DNA from: Candidatus Marinacidobacterium sp.
GTDB taxonomy: Bacteria; Acidobacteriota; Vicinamibacteria; Marinacidobacterales; Marinacidobacteraceae
NCBI GenBank assembly: GCA_965204755.1
Contig: OZ242011.1
Span: forward strand, 1,088,001 to 1,152,000
DNA: 64,000 nt
Direction: 5' to 3'
Position 1 is the stretch's first letter. Each line of letters starts with the position of its first letter. The notes beneath the pieces were generated by a model. That model searched no databases. It saw only the letters and a list, made by a program, of their open reading frames with translations, and was not told the DNA's origin. Position numbers and translations under genes: made by a program. Shown in pieces: positions 1 through 8,843 of this stretch.

Positions 1-1763
1 CCGCCCCCGGCCCCCTCGCGCACCGCGGCGCGGAGACGCTCCTGGTCCCGGCGGAGCCGCCGGAGGCGCAGGGCGGAAAAGCAGTCCTCGGGGCGCTGAC
101 CGTCTTCGTCCAGCCGCACCGACGCCATCAGGATCTCGTTCACCTGCCGCTGCACCGGCCCCGGTTCCGCCGCCGACCTCCCGACGAGCCCCTCCCAGTC
201 GTCGCGGCCCGCCGCCGCGGCCTCCTTCATCGCCAGCAGGAGCGGGGTGGTCGCCAACCCTTCGAGGTCCTCCGGCCCGGTCTCGCGGAGCAGCCGGGCG
301 ATGTCGCCGGGCCGCGACTCCGCCCAGAGGATCAGGTCGCGCTCCACCGGCGTCGGGGGGCTTGCCCGGTCGGCGTCTCCCGGAGGCCCCGCCGGCCGGC
401 CCCCCGACTGGCCCGCCGGCTGGCCCGCCGGCCGGCCCGCCGGGACGGGCCCGGCGGTCCCGGAGACCCGCGCCGGCCGCTGGCGGGCGCGTTCCACTTC
501 CGCGGCGAAGGCGTCCGGCGAGAACCCCAGCCGTCCGGCCGCCTCGCGCGTCCAGTCGTCGCGGGCGAGCGCGTCCGCCGACCCGGCGATCACTTCCGCC
601 ACCCGGCGGGCCGCCTCCCGCCGCGCCTCCGAACCGGCGGCGGCCCCGCCGGGCGCGCGGAGCGCTTCGTCCAGCAGGAACTCCAGGAAACCCGGCGCCG
701 CGGCGAGCCGCTCCCGGAACGCCGCCCCGCCCTGCTCCCGGATCGCGTCGTCGGGGTCGCCGCCCTCCTCGAACGAGGCCACCCGCGCGGAGAGGCCGGC
801 GGCGAGCAGCACCGAAATCGCCGCCTCCGCCGCCTTCCTCCCGGCGGAATCCGAGTCGAACGCCACGACGACTTCCCGGCAGGACGGCGCGAGCAGCCGC
901 GCGTGCTCCGGGCTGAGCGCCGTCCCGCAGACGGCGACCGCGCCGGGGATGCCCGCCTGCCAGGCGGTGAGACAGTCGAAGTACCCCTCGAAGAGGACGG
1001 CCGAGCGCTCGGAGCGGATCGCCGGGCGCGCCCGGTCGAGCCCGTAGAGCACCGACCGCTTGTGGTAGATCGGGTTCTCCGGGCTGTTCACATACTTCGG
1101 CTCCGACCCGTCGAGGCTCCGCCCGGCGAAGGCGGCGACCCGCCCCTGGGCGTCGTGGATCGGCACGATGAGCCGGTTCCGGAAGAAGTCGTACCGCTTG
1201 CCGCCTTTCCCTTCCCGGCAGAGACCCAACTCCACGAGCGCCGACGCCGGGATCCCCTGCTTCCCGAGCGTCTCCCCGAGCCGGTTCCAGGCGTCCGGCG
1301 CGAATCCCAGCCCGCACTCGTCGATCGTCCGGTCGGTGAGCCCGCGCTCCCGGAGGTAGTCGAGCGCCTTCCGCCCTTCCGCCCCGCGCAGTTGCCGGCG
1401 GAAAAAGCGCCGCGCATGTTCGCTCGCGTCCCGCAGCGCCTCGGTCCGGGAAGCCTTCTTCGAGTCGCGCTCCGGCATGGGGATCCCGGCCCGCCGCGCC
1501 AGCGCCGCGAGCGCCCCGGGGAAGTCGAGCCCCTCGGTCTTCATCGCGAACGCGAAGACATCCCCGCTCGCCCGGCAGCCGAAGCAGTAGTAGGCCTGCC
1601 GCTCCTCGCTCACCGAGAAGGAAGGCGTCTTCTCCTCGTGGAACGGGCAGAGGCCCTTGTAGCGCCCCGGCCCGGAGGTCCGCAGCGCGACCCGTTCCCC
1701 GACGACCACGACGATGTCGTTCGCCTGCCGGACGCGCTCCCGAAACGCGTCGTCGCCCGGCAT
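1..1763 (-). CDS. dnaG: DNA primase (3' end runs off the window)
   Basis: Read manually on the minus strand from ATG at 1763 (alternative 1775): MPGDDAFRERVRQANDIVVVVGERVALR..YKGLCPFHEEKTPSFSV..YYCFGC (CHC2 zinc finger), FRNRLIVPI, PKYVNSPE, VEGYFD TOPRIM, FDSDSAG. Absent from the ORF track because there is no stop in the window. Confidence 0.96.
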   Translation of the reverse strand, partial: MPGDDAFRERVRQANDIVVVVGERVALRTSGPGRYKGLCPFHEEKTPSFSVSEERQAYYCFGCRASGDVFAFAMKTEGLDFPGALAALARRAGIPMPERDSKKASRTEALRDASEHARRFFRRQLRGAEGRKALDYLRERGLTDRTIDECGLGFAPDAWNRLGETLGKQGIPASALVELGLCREGKGGKRYDFFRNRLIVPIHDAQGRVAAFAGRSLDGSEPKYVNSPENPIYHKRSVLYGLDRARPAIRSERSAVLFEGYFDCLTAWQAGIPGAVAVCGTALSPEHARLLAPSCREVVVAFDSDSAGRKAAEAAISVLLAAGLSARVASFEEGGDPDDAIREQGGAAFRERLAAAPGFLEFLLDEALRAPGGAAAGSEARREAARRVAEVIAGSADALARDDWTREAAGRLGFSPDAFAAEVERARQRPARVSGTAGPVPAGRPAGQPAGQSGGRPAGPPGDADRASPPTPVERDLILWAESRPGDIARLLRETGPEDLEGLATTPLLLAMKEAAAAGRDDWEGLVGRSAAEPGPVQRQVNEILMASVRLDEDGQRPEDCFSALRLRRLRRDQERLRAAVREGAGG

Positions 1764-1893
1764 CCGCGCCAGCATAATCCCGCCGTGGCCGCCGTCGAAC
1801 CCGCCCGGCGAATCCGCCGCCGACGGCCTCCCCGGCGCCGCACGGCAGCGCCCGGATCGATGACCGGCTTCTCCGCGAACCGCGCGAACCCCG

Positions 1894-2727
1894 TTGCCTG
1901 AATCGCCGCTCCGCGACCTGCTGGACGCGGTCGCCGAGAAGCGGCTGTCCCCCGAAGAAGCCGAACGGCAACTGGAGCGCCGGGCGGCCGCTGACCTGCC
2001 GCTCCCGCCGCCCGTCGAGCCGCTCTCCTCCCCGGACGCCGGCGCGGCTTCCTCGCCGTTCGCCCGGGTGGATCACGACCGGGAACGCCGCCGCGGTTTC
2101 CCCGAGGTGGTCTTCGCCCCGGGCAAGACGCCGGAGCAGGTGGTGGCCATCGTCCGCTCCCTCTCCCGCGCCGCCAGTCGGACGCTCGTGACCCGGGCCA
2201 CCCCGGAACTCGCCGAAGCCGTCCGCTCGGCCGTCCCCGAAGCGGAGTGGCATCCCGACGCCCGCGCCCTCGTCGTCCGCCGCGAGCCCCCGCCCCCGCT
2301 CGACGCCGTGGTCGGCGTCCTCTCCGCCGGCACCGCCGACCAGCCGGTCGCCGAAGAAGCGGCCCTCACCGCCGAACTCGCCGGCGCCGAAGTCCGCCGC
2401 ATCTTCGATGTCGGCGTCGCCGGCATCCACCGGCTGCTGGCGGAGGCGGACGGCCTCCGCGACCTCCACACCCTGGTCGTCGTCGCCGGAATGGAGGCCG
2501 CGCTCGCCCCGGTGGTCGCCGGCCTCCTCCCCTGCCCGGTGATCGCCGTCCCCACTTCCGCCGGCTACGGCGCCTCCTACGGGGGCCTCGCCGCCCTGCT
2601 CGCCCTCCTCAACAGTTGCGCCCCCGGCGTCACCGTCGTGAACATAGACAACGGCTTCGGCGCCGGCTACGCCGCCGCCCTCACCATCACCCACCACCGC
2701 CGCCTGGAGACGGCTGCCGGCGGCTGA
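1894..2727 (+). CDS. larB: Nickel-pincer cofactor biosynthesis protein LarB (AIR carboxylase-like)
   Basis: FARVDHDRERRRGFPEVVFAPGKT, SAGTAD, DVGVAGIHRLL, VVAGMEAAL, VIAVPTSAGYGAS, LNSCAPGVTVVNIDNGFGAG. Confidence 0.93.
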   Translation: MPESPLRDLLDAVAEKRLSPEEAERQLERRAAADLPLPPPVEPLSSPDAGAASSPFARVDHDRERRRGFPEVVFAPGKTPEQVVAIVRSLSRAASRTLVTRATPELAEAVRSAVPEAEWHPDARALVVRREPPPPLDAVVGVLSAGTADQPVAEEAALTAELAGAEVRRIFDVGVAGIHRLLAEADGLRDLHTLVVVAGMEAALAPVVAGLLPCPVIAVPTSAGYGASYGGLAALLALLNSCAPGVTVVNIDNGFGAGYAAALTITHHRRLETAAGG

Positions 2728-3014
2728 CGATCTCGGGGGCGGAGACGCTATGGTTCCCGCTACCAGTCGGGGGCTCCGGCGCCCCCGGCCGGGTATGAGT
2801 TCCTACGCCGGACACCCCCACCGCGGCGCTTGCCGCCCCTCCTCCGGGAGGCGCCGTTCGAGAGTTCCGTCGAAGTGCCGGAAGAGCGTCGCTCCCCCCT
2901 GCACCCGCCATTCGACCGCCGGCGCGCCGGGCCGCCGCGTCGGCGCTGCCTGCCGGGCCCCGATGCCCGAACGCCGGCCGTCCCCGACCCCGCCGACTGA
3001 GCGCCGCCGTCCGC

Positions 3015-3761
3015 ATGAGCGTCTCGTATCCCACGAAGATCATCCTGGCGTTCGGAACCGGCGGACGCTGCACCCTGCCGGCCTGCAACCGACCGCTGGC
3101 CCCCGAGGAGGAACACGGCGGGCAGGTGCTGCTCGGGGAAGCCGCGCACATCGCCGGGGAACGGCCGGGGTCCGCCCGATACGACGCGGCGATGACTCCC
3201 GAAGAACGGGACTCTCCGGAAAACCTGATCTATCTTTGCCCCGACTGCCACCGACTCGTAGATCGTTCGCCACGCGACTACCCCGCGACCCGCCTCCACG
3301 CCTACAAACAGGCGCGCGAACGAACCGTGCGGCAGGATCGAGCCGCGGTCATGCCGAGCATCGGCGCCGCCGAACTGAGCGAAGCCGCGCGCTACTTCGA
3401 GGCCCATCCCTCCACACCGGGAGGTTCCGACTTCCCCCTCCTCCACGCGGAAGAGAAACTGCGACTCAACGGCTTGGGGAGTTCGTCGCGCGCGCTGCTC
3501 GGGGTGGGGCTCGACGCCGAGGACCGGGTTCGCGGACTCGTCGATGCGAAGACCGATTCCAGTCCCGATTTCATGAACCGCCTCAAGTACGCCTTCTTGG
3601 GTGAGTACCTCCGCCTCCGGGAGGAGGGGCGGCGAGGGGACGACCTCTTCGCGCTAATGTGCGCGTTCGCCAGCGGCGGCCGAAACGAGCCGTTCGCGGT
3701 GGCCGCCGGCGTCGCCCTCCTCGCCTATCTCTTCGCCGCCTGCGAGATCTTCGAGAAATGA
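3015..3761 (+). CDS. lmuA: Lamassu effector LmuA: HNH endonuclease with ABC-3C C-terminal domain
   Basis: GRCTLPAC..GEAAHIAG..PGSARYD..NLIYLCPDCHRLVD is an HNH of the Cap5-like type. The C-terminus LAYLFAACEIFEK is typical of ABC-3C CTDs. First gene of a three-gene overlapping operon. Confidence 0.85.
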   Translation: MSVSYPTKIILAFGTGGRCTLPACNRPLAPEEEHGGQVLLGEAAHIAGERPGSARYDAAMTPEERDSPENLIYLCPDCHRLVDRSPRDYPATRLHAYKQARERTVRQDRAAVMPSIGAAELSEAARYFEAHPSTPGGSDFPLLHAEEKLRLNGLGSSSRALLGVGLDAEDRVRGLVDAKTDSSPDFMNRLKYAFLGEYLRLREEGRRGDDLFALMCAFASGGRNEPFAVAAGVALLAYLFAACEIFEK

Positions 3762-3982
3762 TCCTTCCGACGAAACACCTGCGCGCCGAGAGGACGCTGC
3801 TCGGCGTCGGCGCCGCCGTTCTGGGCGAGGTGCGCGGTCCGACCACCATGACCCGCCTCTGGAGCCGACTCCGGGGAGATCCGGCGGTAGGGACCTACGA
3901 GCGCTTGGTGCTCGCCGTCGACCTGCTGTTCCTCCTCGGCGCCCTCCGCGTCGAACGAGGAACGATCCGGCCCGGGCCGTGA
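3758..3982 (+). CDS. lmuC: Lamassu LmuC / ABC-3C middle component (MC6-like), 74 aa
   Basis: MILPTKHLRAERTLLGVGAAVL..LWSRLR..YERLVLAVDLLFLLG; ATGA overlap with lmuA and GTGA overlap with lmuB. Confidence 0.83.
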   Translation: MILPTKHLRAERTLLGVGAAVLGEVRGPTTMTRLWSRLRGDPAVGTYERLVLAVDLLFLLGALRVERGTIRPGP

Positions 3983-5739
3983 TCCACACCGTCTCCGCCG
4001 ACCGCGAGAGTTTCCGGCCGGTGCATTTCGAGCCCGGCCTCAACATCGTTCTCGCCGACCGGCGCGGCGGCTCCACGGAGAAGGACACCAGGAACGGCGT
4101 CGGCAAGTCCGCGCTGATCGACATCGTCCACTACTGCCTGGGCAGCCGTTCGCCGTGTCCGAAGATCGAGAGCCCGGCCCTGGCCGGATGGACCTTCCGA
4201 CTCGACCTCACCCTCGGCGCCGACCGCGGCACGGTGTCGCGTTCCGTAGCGGAACCGGAATTGATCACTGTCGGCGGCGACCTGCTCCGCCTGCTCCCCG
4301 AACTGGACCTCCGACCGTCGCCCGCCGATGAGGAGACCGTGCCGATCGGTATCTGGAAGCGAGCCCTCGGTCGGGCGCTCTTCGACCTGCCCGACGATCC
4401 GCCCGGCGCTGACCCGGCGCGCGGGAGCACGCCGAGTTTCCGCCGCCTGGTGTCCTACCTCGCCCGCCGGCGACCCGGCGCGTACCTCGACGCGATGACC
4501 TCCTCCCCTCGTCAGTCCGCATCGGACCGGAACATCGCAATCTCCCACCTCCTGGGTCTGGACTCGACGGTCGCGGCCCGCTGGGCGGCGCTCCGGACGC
4601 GGGAGTCCGATCTCCGAACCGCCGGCCCGGTCGAGGAAAACGGCCTCACCGGCCCTTCGTCCCGACCGACCGAAGAACTCGAAACGCGCCGGCGGCAAAT
4701 CGAACAGGAGGTCGGCGCCTCCGCGTCCGCGCTCGACACTTTCCAGGTACACCCGCGTTATGGGCCGCTCCTGAAGGAGGCCAACGACCTCACCCTGACC
4801 CTCCAGGAACTCGCCGATCTCAACTTCGCGGACGGCCTGAGGCTCACCCGCTACCGCGAATCGATCGTGGAGGAGAAGCCGCCGGAGGCCCTCTCCCTGG
4901 AGCGCGTCTATGCCGAGGCCGGCGTCGTGTTTCCGGAGGGCGTGCGACGCACGCTGGAAGAAGCGCGCGAATTCCATCGCCGGCGCGTGCTGGACCGCCG
5001 TGAGTTCCTCGCGCCCACGATGGCCGAACTGGAGCGGACCGTACGGCAGCGAAAGGAGAAGATCCGGGAACTGAGCGAGGCGCGCGATTCGATCATGGCG
5101 GTCCTCGAAAGCCGCGGGGCGTTGGACGAGTACGCCCGACTCCACGAGCGGCGGGTGGCGCTGCGCGAGGAATTGGAAGCCGTCCGGCGCGAAATCGCCG
5201 AGCGAAACGCGAAGGAGGAGCGGAAGCGCGAGATCGCAGAGGAGCGCTCACTCCTCGAGCGGCTGGCGCGGCAGGACTGCGAGGAGCGCCGCCCCGTCCG
5301 CGAGGCCGCCATACGGTGGTTCCACGAGAACTCGCGCGCCCTCTACCGGTCGCCCGGTGACTTGGTCATCGATGCCAACTCGAACGGCTACGAGTACGGG
5401 GCCGCCATCGAGCGCGGCGCCGGCGACGGGATCGAACGGATGCAGATCTTCTGCTTCGACCTCGCGGTGCTGCAACTGCAGCGATATCTCGAACGAGGTA
5501 TGGACTTCCTGATCCACGACTCCCTGCTGTTCGACCCCGTGGACGCGCGCCAGCGGGCGCGGGCGCTGGAGCGGGCCCACGAAGTGACGACCGAGATGGG
5601 GGCGCAGTACATCTGCACCCTGAACTCGGACATGGTTCCCGAAGGGGACTTCTCTCCGGATTTCGACTACCGGCGATTCGTCCGCCTGCGCCTCTCCGAC
5701 GAGTCCCCGGAAGGACGGCTGCTCGGTATCCACTACTGA
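3979..5739 (+). CDS. lmuB: Lamassu LmuB SMC-like ABC ATPase (DUF2326)
   Basis: FEPGLNIVLA, Walker A RNGVGKS, central coiled coil, FCFDLAVL, Walker B/D-loop FLIHDSLLFDPVDARQ, QYICTLNSD, LLGIHY. Confidence 0.9.
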   Translation: MIHTVSADRESFRPVHFEPGLNIVLADRRGGSTEKDTRNGVGKSALIDIVHYCLGSRSPCPKIESPALAGWTFRLDLTLGADRGTVSRSVAEPELITVGGDLLRLLPELDLRPSPADEETVPIGIWKRALGRALFDLPDDPPGADPARGSTPSFRRLVSYLARRRPGAYLDAMTSSPRQSASDRNIAISHLLGLDSTVAARWAALRTRESDLRTAGPVEENGLTGPSSRPTEELETRRRQIEQEVGASASALDTFQVHPRYGPLLKEANDLTLTLQELADLNFADGLRLTRYRESIVEEKPPEALSLERVYAEAGVVFPEGVRRTLEEAREFHRRRVLDRREFLAPTMAELERTVRQRKEKIRELSEARDSIMAVLESRGALDEYARLHERRVALREELEAVRREIAERNAKEERKREIAEERSLLERLARQDCEERRPVREAAIRWFHENSRALYRSPGDLVIDANSNGYEYGAAIERGAGDGIERMQIFCFDLAVLQLQRYLERGMDFLIHDSLLFDPVDARQRARALERAHEVTTEMGAQYICTLNSDMVPEGDFSPDFDYRRFVRLRLSDESPEGRLLGIHY

Positions 5740-7160
5740 CCGCCCGCGGGTCCGGCGCCCCGCTCTCCCCTTCCCCGCCGGAAGGCGTACCGTCCCGCGC
5801 CGAGTGCGAGGAGCGCGGCGGGCGGCAGGTATTCGAGGAAGCGGAGCGGGAGCGGGAGCGTCCAAGGTTCGCCCGGAGGGGTCGTCCAGAAGGGGTAGTA
5901 GGCGAGGACGGTGGTGAGGGTGAGTGTCAGCGCCGCGGAGTAGAGGGAGCGGCGCTCCGGGTGGAGGACGAGGAAGGGCAGGCACCAGAGGAGGTACCAC
6001 GGGTGGGCGGTGGGGGTCAGCAGGAAGGCGGCGCCGGCCAGGAGGCCGAACGCGAGACTCGCCGGCGGGGCGGGGCGGCGGGCGAGGAGGGCGGCGAAGA
6101 CGGCGGCCAGCAGGGCGAAGGCCGCCGGGCGGGCGTAGGCGCCGAACGCAGCCTCGACGGCGGGGAAGAGGCTGTCGTTGAACCGCCAGTGGCGGAGGTA
6201 GTGGCCGAGGCTGAACCGGAACTCCGCGAGGCGCGCAGCGAGGCCGTCCGGGGCGGCCGCGGGGGAGAGGAACGGGGCGGCGACGACTGCGGTGGAAACG
6301 GCCGCGGCGAACGCCAGCGCGAGGCGGCGGCGCCGGTCGGCGAGGCGGCGCCAGAGGAAGGGGAGGAGGACGAAGCCGGCGAACTTCACCGTCCCCGAGA
6401 GCGCCGCCAGCGCGCCTGCGAGCGCCGGGCGCGAAGCGGTGGCGGCGAGGGCGGCGGCGGCGAGCGCGACGCCGAGGACATCGCCGTGGCCGCTGCCGGC
6501 GATTTCGACGAGGGGCAGCGGGTTCCACGCGTACGCGACCACGAGGAGCGGGTCGCGGCCCCGGCGGCGGAGGAGCGCGATGAGGGCGGCGACCAGCGCC
6601 GCTTCCGCCAGCACGAGCGCCGCCTTCATCGCCCGCGGGCTCGTCGAAACGGCGGTGATGGCGGCGGCGAAGGCTTGCGCCCCCGGCGGGTAGATCGCCG
6701 GCAACTTCCAGTACTCCACCCGCTCGCGGATTTCGGGATGGCGGGCGCGGAGGTCTTCGAGTTCCGGCGCGTCCGGCGGGGACCGCCACGGGTCGTGGCC
6801 CGCCGCCACCACCCGCCCCTCCCAGATCGCGCGGTAGATGTCCCCGGAGAGCGCGGGCGGCGCGGCGAGAAAGAGCAGCCGCGCGAGCGCCGCGGCGCCG
6901 AGCGCGAGGACGAGCGCCCGCCGCCGACCGGCCGGCGGCGGGGCGGCGGAAGAGCCGGCGGAGCGCCCCCGGCCCCGGAGCAGCGGCCGGAGCGCGAGGA
7001 CGAGCGGCGCGAACATCGCCGCATGCAGCGCGGCGTGCGCCGCGAACCCGGCGACCCCGCTGACATCCGAAGCCAGCAGCAGGGCGAGCGCTCCGGCGAG
7101 GGCGATCCACACCGCCGCCAGCGCCGCCGACCGGCGCTCCGCGCGCGCCGCGCCGGACAC
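5733..7160 (-). CDS. Polytopic membrane glycosyltransferase (GT87/DUF2029-like)
   Basis: LSGDIYRAIWEGRV..GHDPW, PAIYPPGAQ, YAWNPLPLVEIAGSGHGD, HPWYLLW; many TM segments. Confidence 0.75.
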   Translation of the reverse strand: MSGAARAERRSAALAAVWIALAGALALLLASDVSGVAGFAAHAALHAAMFAPLVLALRPLLRGRGRSAGSSAAPPPAGRRRALVLALGAAALARLLFLAAPPALSGDIYRAIWEGRVVAAGHDPWRSPPDAPELEDLRARHPEIRERVEYWKLPAIYPPGAQAFAAAITAVSTSPRAMKAALVLAEAALVAALIALLRRRGRDPLLVVAYAWNPLPLVEIAGSGHGDVLGVALAAAALAATASRPALAGALAALSGTVKFAGFVLLPFLWRRLADRRRRLALAFAAAVSTAVVAAPFLSPAAAPDGLAARLAEFRFSLGHYLRHWRFNDSLFPAVEAAFGAYARPAAFALLAAVFAALLARRPAPPASLAFGLLAGAAFLLTPTAHPWYLLWCLPFLVLHPERRSLYSAALTLTLTTVLAYYPFWTTPPGEPWTLPLPLRFLEYLPPAALLALGAGRYAFRRGRGERGAGPAGGQ

Positions 7161-7271
7161 GAAGAGCCGCCGCCCCGCCCCGGGCTAGACTCGCCGCGCG
7201 GTCAGGGAAAGGGGGTTGAGCATGGCCGGGCGGCGCCGCCCCGGAACCGGTTCGAAGGCCGCCCCCCGGAT

Positions 7272-7307
7272 GAGGACGACGGGGACGACGGGGACGACGG
7301 GGACGAC
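7272..7307 (+). repeat. Short 9-bp tandem repeat (GGGGACGAC x3-4) upstream of the MTase
   Basis: gaggacgac ggggacgac ggggacgac ggggacgac read directly. Confidence 0.8.
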
Positions 7308-7373
7308 GCGCCGGAAGGGTACGCCGGGCGCTGCGAGACCCGGCGCGCCACCGACCCCGGCGAGGCGCGCGCG

Positions 7374-8819
7374 ATGAACCTCATACCGCCAGTCGCACCC
7401 GACACCGTCCACTTCGGCGACTGCCTCGAAGTGATGTCCCGCTGGCGGCCGGAGCAGGTGGACCTGATCTACCTCGATCCGCCGTTCCGCTCGCAACGCG
7501 ACTACCGACTCACCTTCCGAAGCAGCGCCGACGGGAGACGCCGACCGCGCAAGGCGCCCGCCTTCGAGGACACCTGGCGATGGGACGCCGCCGCCGCGAA
7601 GCGCGTCCGCGAACTCACGAACCGCGCCGGGAAGATCGCCGGCGCCATCGAAGGTCTCCGGCTCGCGCTCGGCCCTTCCGGGATGCTCGCCTATCTCGCC
7701 TATATGGCCGAGCGGCTCGCCGAAGCGCAGCGCCTCCTCAAACCCGCCGGCAGCATCTATCTCCACTGCGATCCCGCGGCGTCGCACTACCTCAAGGTCG
7801 TCATGGACGCGGTCTTCGGCGCCGGGAACTTCCGGAACGAGATCGTCTGGCGGATCGGCTGGGTTTCCGGCTTCAAGACGAGGAAACGCGGTTGGATCCG
7901 CAACCACGACACGATCCTCTACTACGGGAACGGCGGCCCGACCACCTTCCACAAGGAATACCTGCCGTATCCGGAGGGTTACCGCCGGCGCGGCGAACGC
8001 GGAAAACCGACCGGCCGCGGCATTCCCCTCGAAGACACTTGGAACTGCAGCGCCGCCGACCGACTCGACTCGATCATGATCACCAGTTTCTCCAAGGAGA
8101 AACTGGGATACCCGACGCAGAAACCGGAAGCGCTGCTGCGCCGGATCATCCGGGCCTCCAGCAACGAGGGCGACCTGGTGCTCGACCCCTTCTGCGGTTG
8201 CGGCACGACCATGGCGGCGGCGCTGAAGGAGAACCGGCGATGGGCCGGCATCGAGGTCTCCCCGTTCGCGGTGTCCCCGGTAGTCGAGAACCGCCTGCGC
8301 CCGCTCGTCGGCGGCAAGGTGAACCTCGCCGGGTTCCCCACCCGGATGGAGGAAGCCGAACGCCTGGCGGCGAACGACCGCACCCGTTTCGAGGCATGGG
8401 CGGTGAACCTGATCCCCGGCATGGCGCCGAGCGAAAGGCGGCCCGGGGACGGCGGCATGGAGGGCCGCGGAGAGTTCCTCCGCGACATCGAAGGTTTCGA
8501 CTGCGGGGGGGCGGTCGCGCGAGTCGAGAGCGGAACCGCAACCATGGACTCGGTGCTCACCTTCGCCCGCTCCCTCGACGACCCGGACAGCCGCGCGGTC
8601 GCCGGGGTCTTCATCACCAGGAGGCCGACTACGACTGCGGGCATGAAGGCGGAAGCGGCGAAACTCGGCTCCTTCCGCCTCCGCGGGAGCGCCGGGGAGT
8701 ACCCCCGGTTCTCGTTCTGGAGCGTCGAGGAGCACTTCGCCGGCATCCGACCCGACCTCCCTCCCCTCACCGACCCGCTCACCGGAGGGGAACGCCGCGC
8801 CTACCTCGCGCTCCCGTAG
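7374..8819 (+). CDS. Beta-class N6-A/N4-C DNA methyltransferase fused to a degenerate Mrr-like restriction endonuclease domain
   Basis: GDCLEVM, DLIYLDPPF (motif IV), GSIYLHCD, NFRNEIVW, GYPTQKPEALLRRII, VLDPFCGCGTT (motif I); C-terminal FEAWAV..GDGGMEG..ARVESG..AGVFIT. Real start is probably ATG 7374 inside ORF 5961..8819. Confidence 0.88.
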   Translation: MNLIPPVAPDTVHFGDCLEVMSRWRPEQVDLIYLDPPFRSQRDYRLTFRSSADGRRRPRKAPAFEDTWRWDAAAAKRVRELTNRAGKIAGAIEGLRLALGPSGMLAYLAYMAERLAEAQRLLKPAGSIYLHCDPAASHYLKVVMDAVFGAGNFRNEIVWRIGWVSGFKTRKRGWIRNHDTILYYGNGGPTTFHKEYLPYPEGYRRRGERGKPTGRGIPLEDTWNCSAADRLDSIMITSFSKEKLGYPTQKPEALLRRIIRASSNEGDLVLDPFCGCGTTMAAALKENRRWAGIEVSPFAVSPVVENRLRPLVGGKVNLAGFPTRMEEAERLAANDRTRFEAWAVNLIPGMAPSERRPGDGGMEGRGEFLRDIEGFDCGGAVARVESGTATMDSVLTFARSLDDPDSRAVAGVFITRRPTTTAGMKAEAAKLGSFRLRGSAGEYPRFSFWSVEEHFAGIRPDLPPLTDPLTGGERRAYLALP

Positions 8820-8823
8820 AATC
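8810..8823 (+). repeat. 14-bp direct repeat copy 1 (GCTCCCGTAGAATC), containing a TAGAAT -10-like box
   Basis: Identical 14-mer at 14385-14398; the two copies bracket the helicase gene. Confidence 0.75.
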
Positions 8824-8843
8824 CCCCGCCCGACAGTCGGCCG

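Noticed and set aside
247-1901. Plus-strand ORFs at the window start
   Set aside because: They are antisense to dnaG, which the ORF track missed because it runs off the edge.
1894-2727. larB as evidence of a lactate racemase cluster
   Set aside because: No larA/C/E in the window; dispersed lar genes are common.
2728-3014. att site or structured RNA upstream of Lamassu
   Set aside because: Only GC-rich chance hairpins and a weak TATGGT box; I found no matching repeat at the other end of the operon.
5733-7160. Glycosyltransferase as part of a single defence island joining Lamassu and the MTase/helicase
   Set aside because: It has core-like extreme GC3, lies on the opposite strand and belongs to an envelope family; more likely a host gene between two independent insertions.
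7374-8819. This MTase as the cause of the AGCT/ACGT depletion
   Set aside because: The DPPF motif indicates an amino (m6A/m4C) MTase, not the C5 type needed for the C->T pattern, and its specificity cannot be read from sequence.
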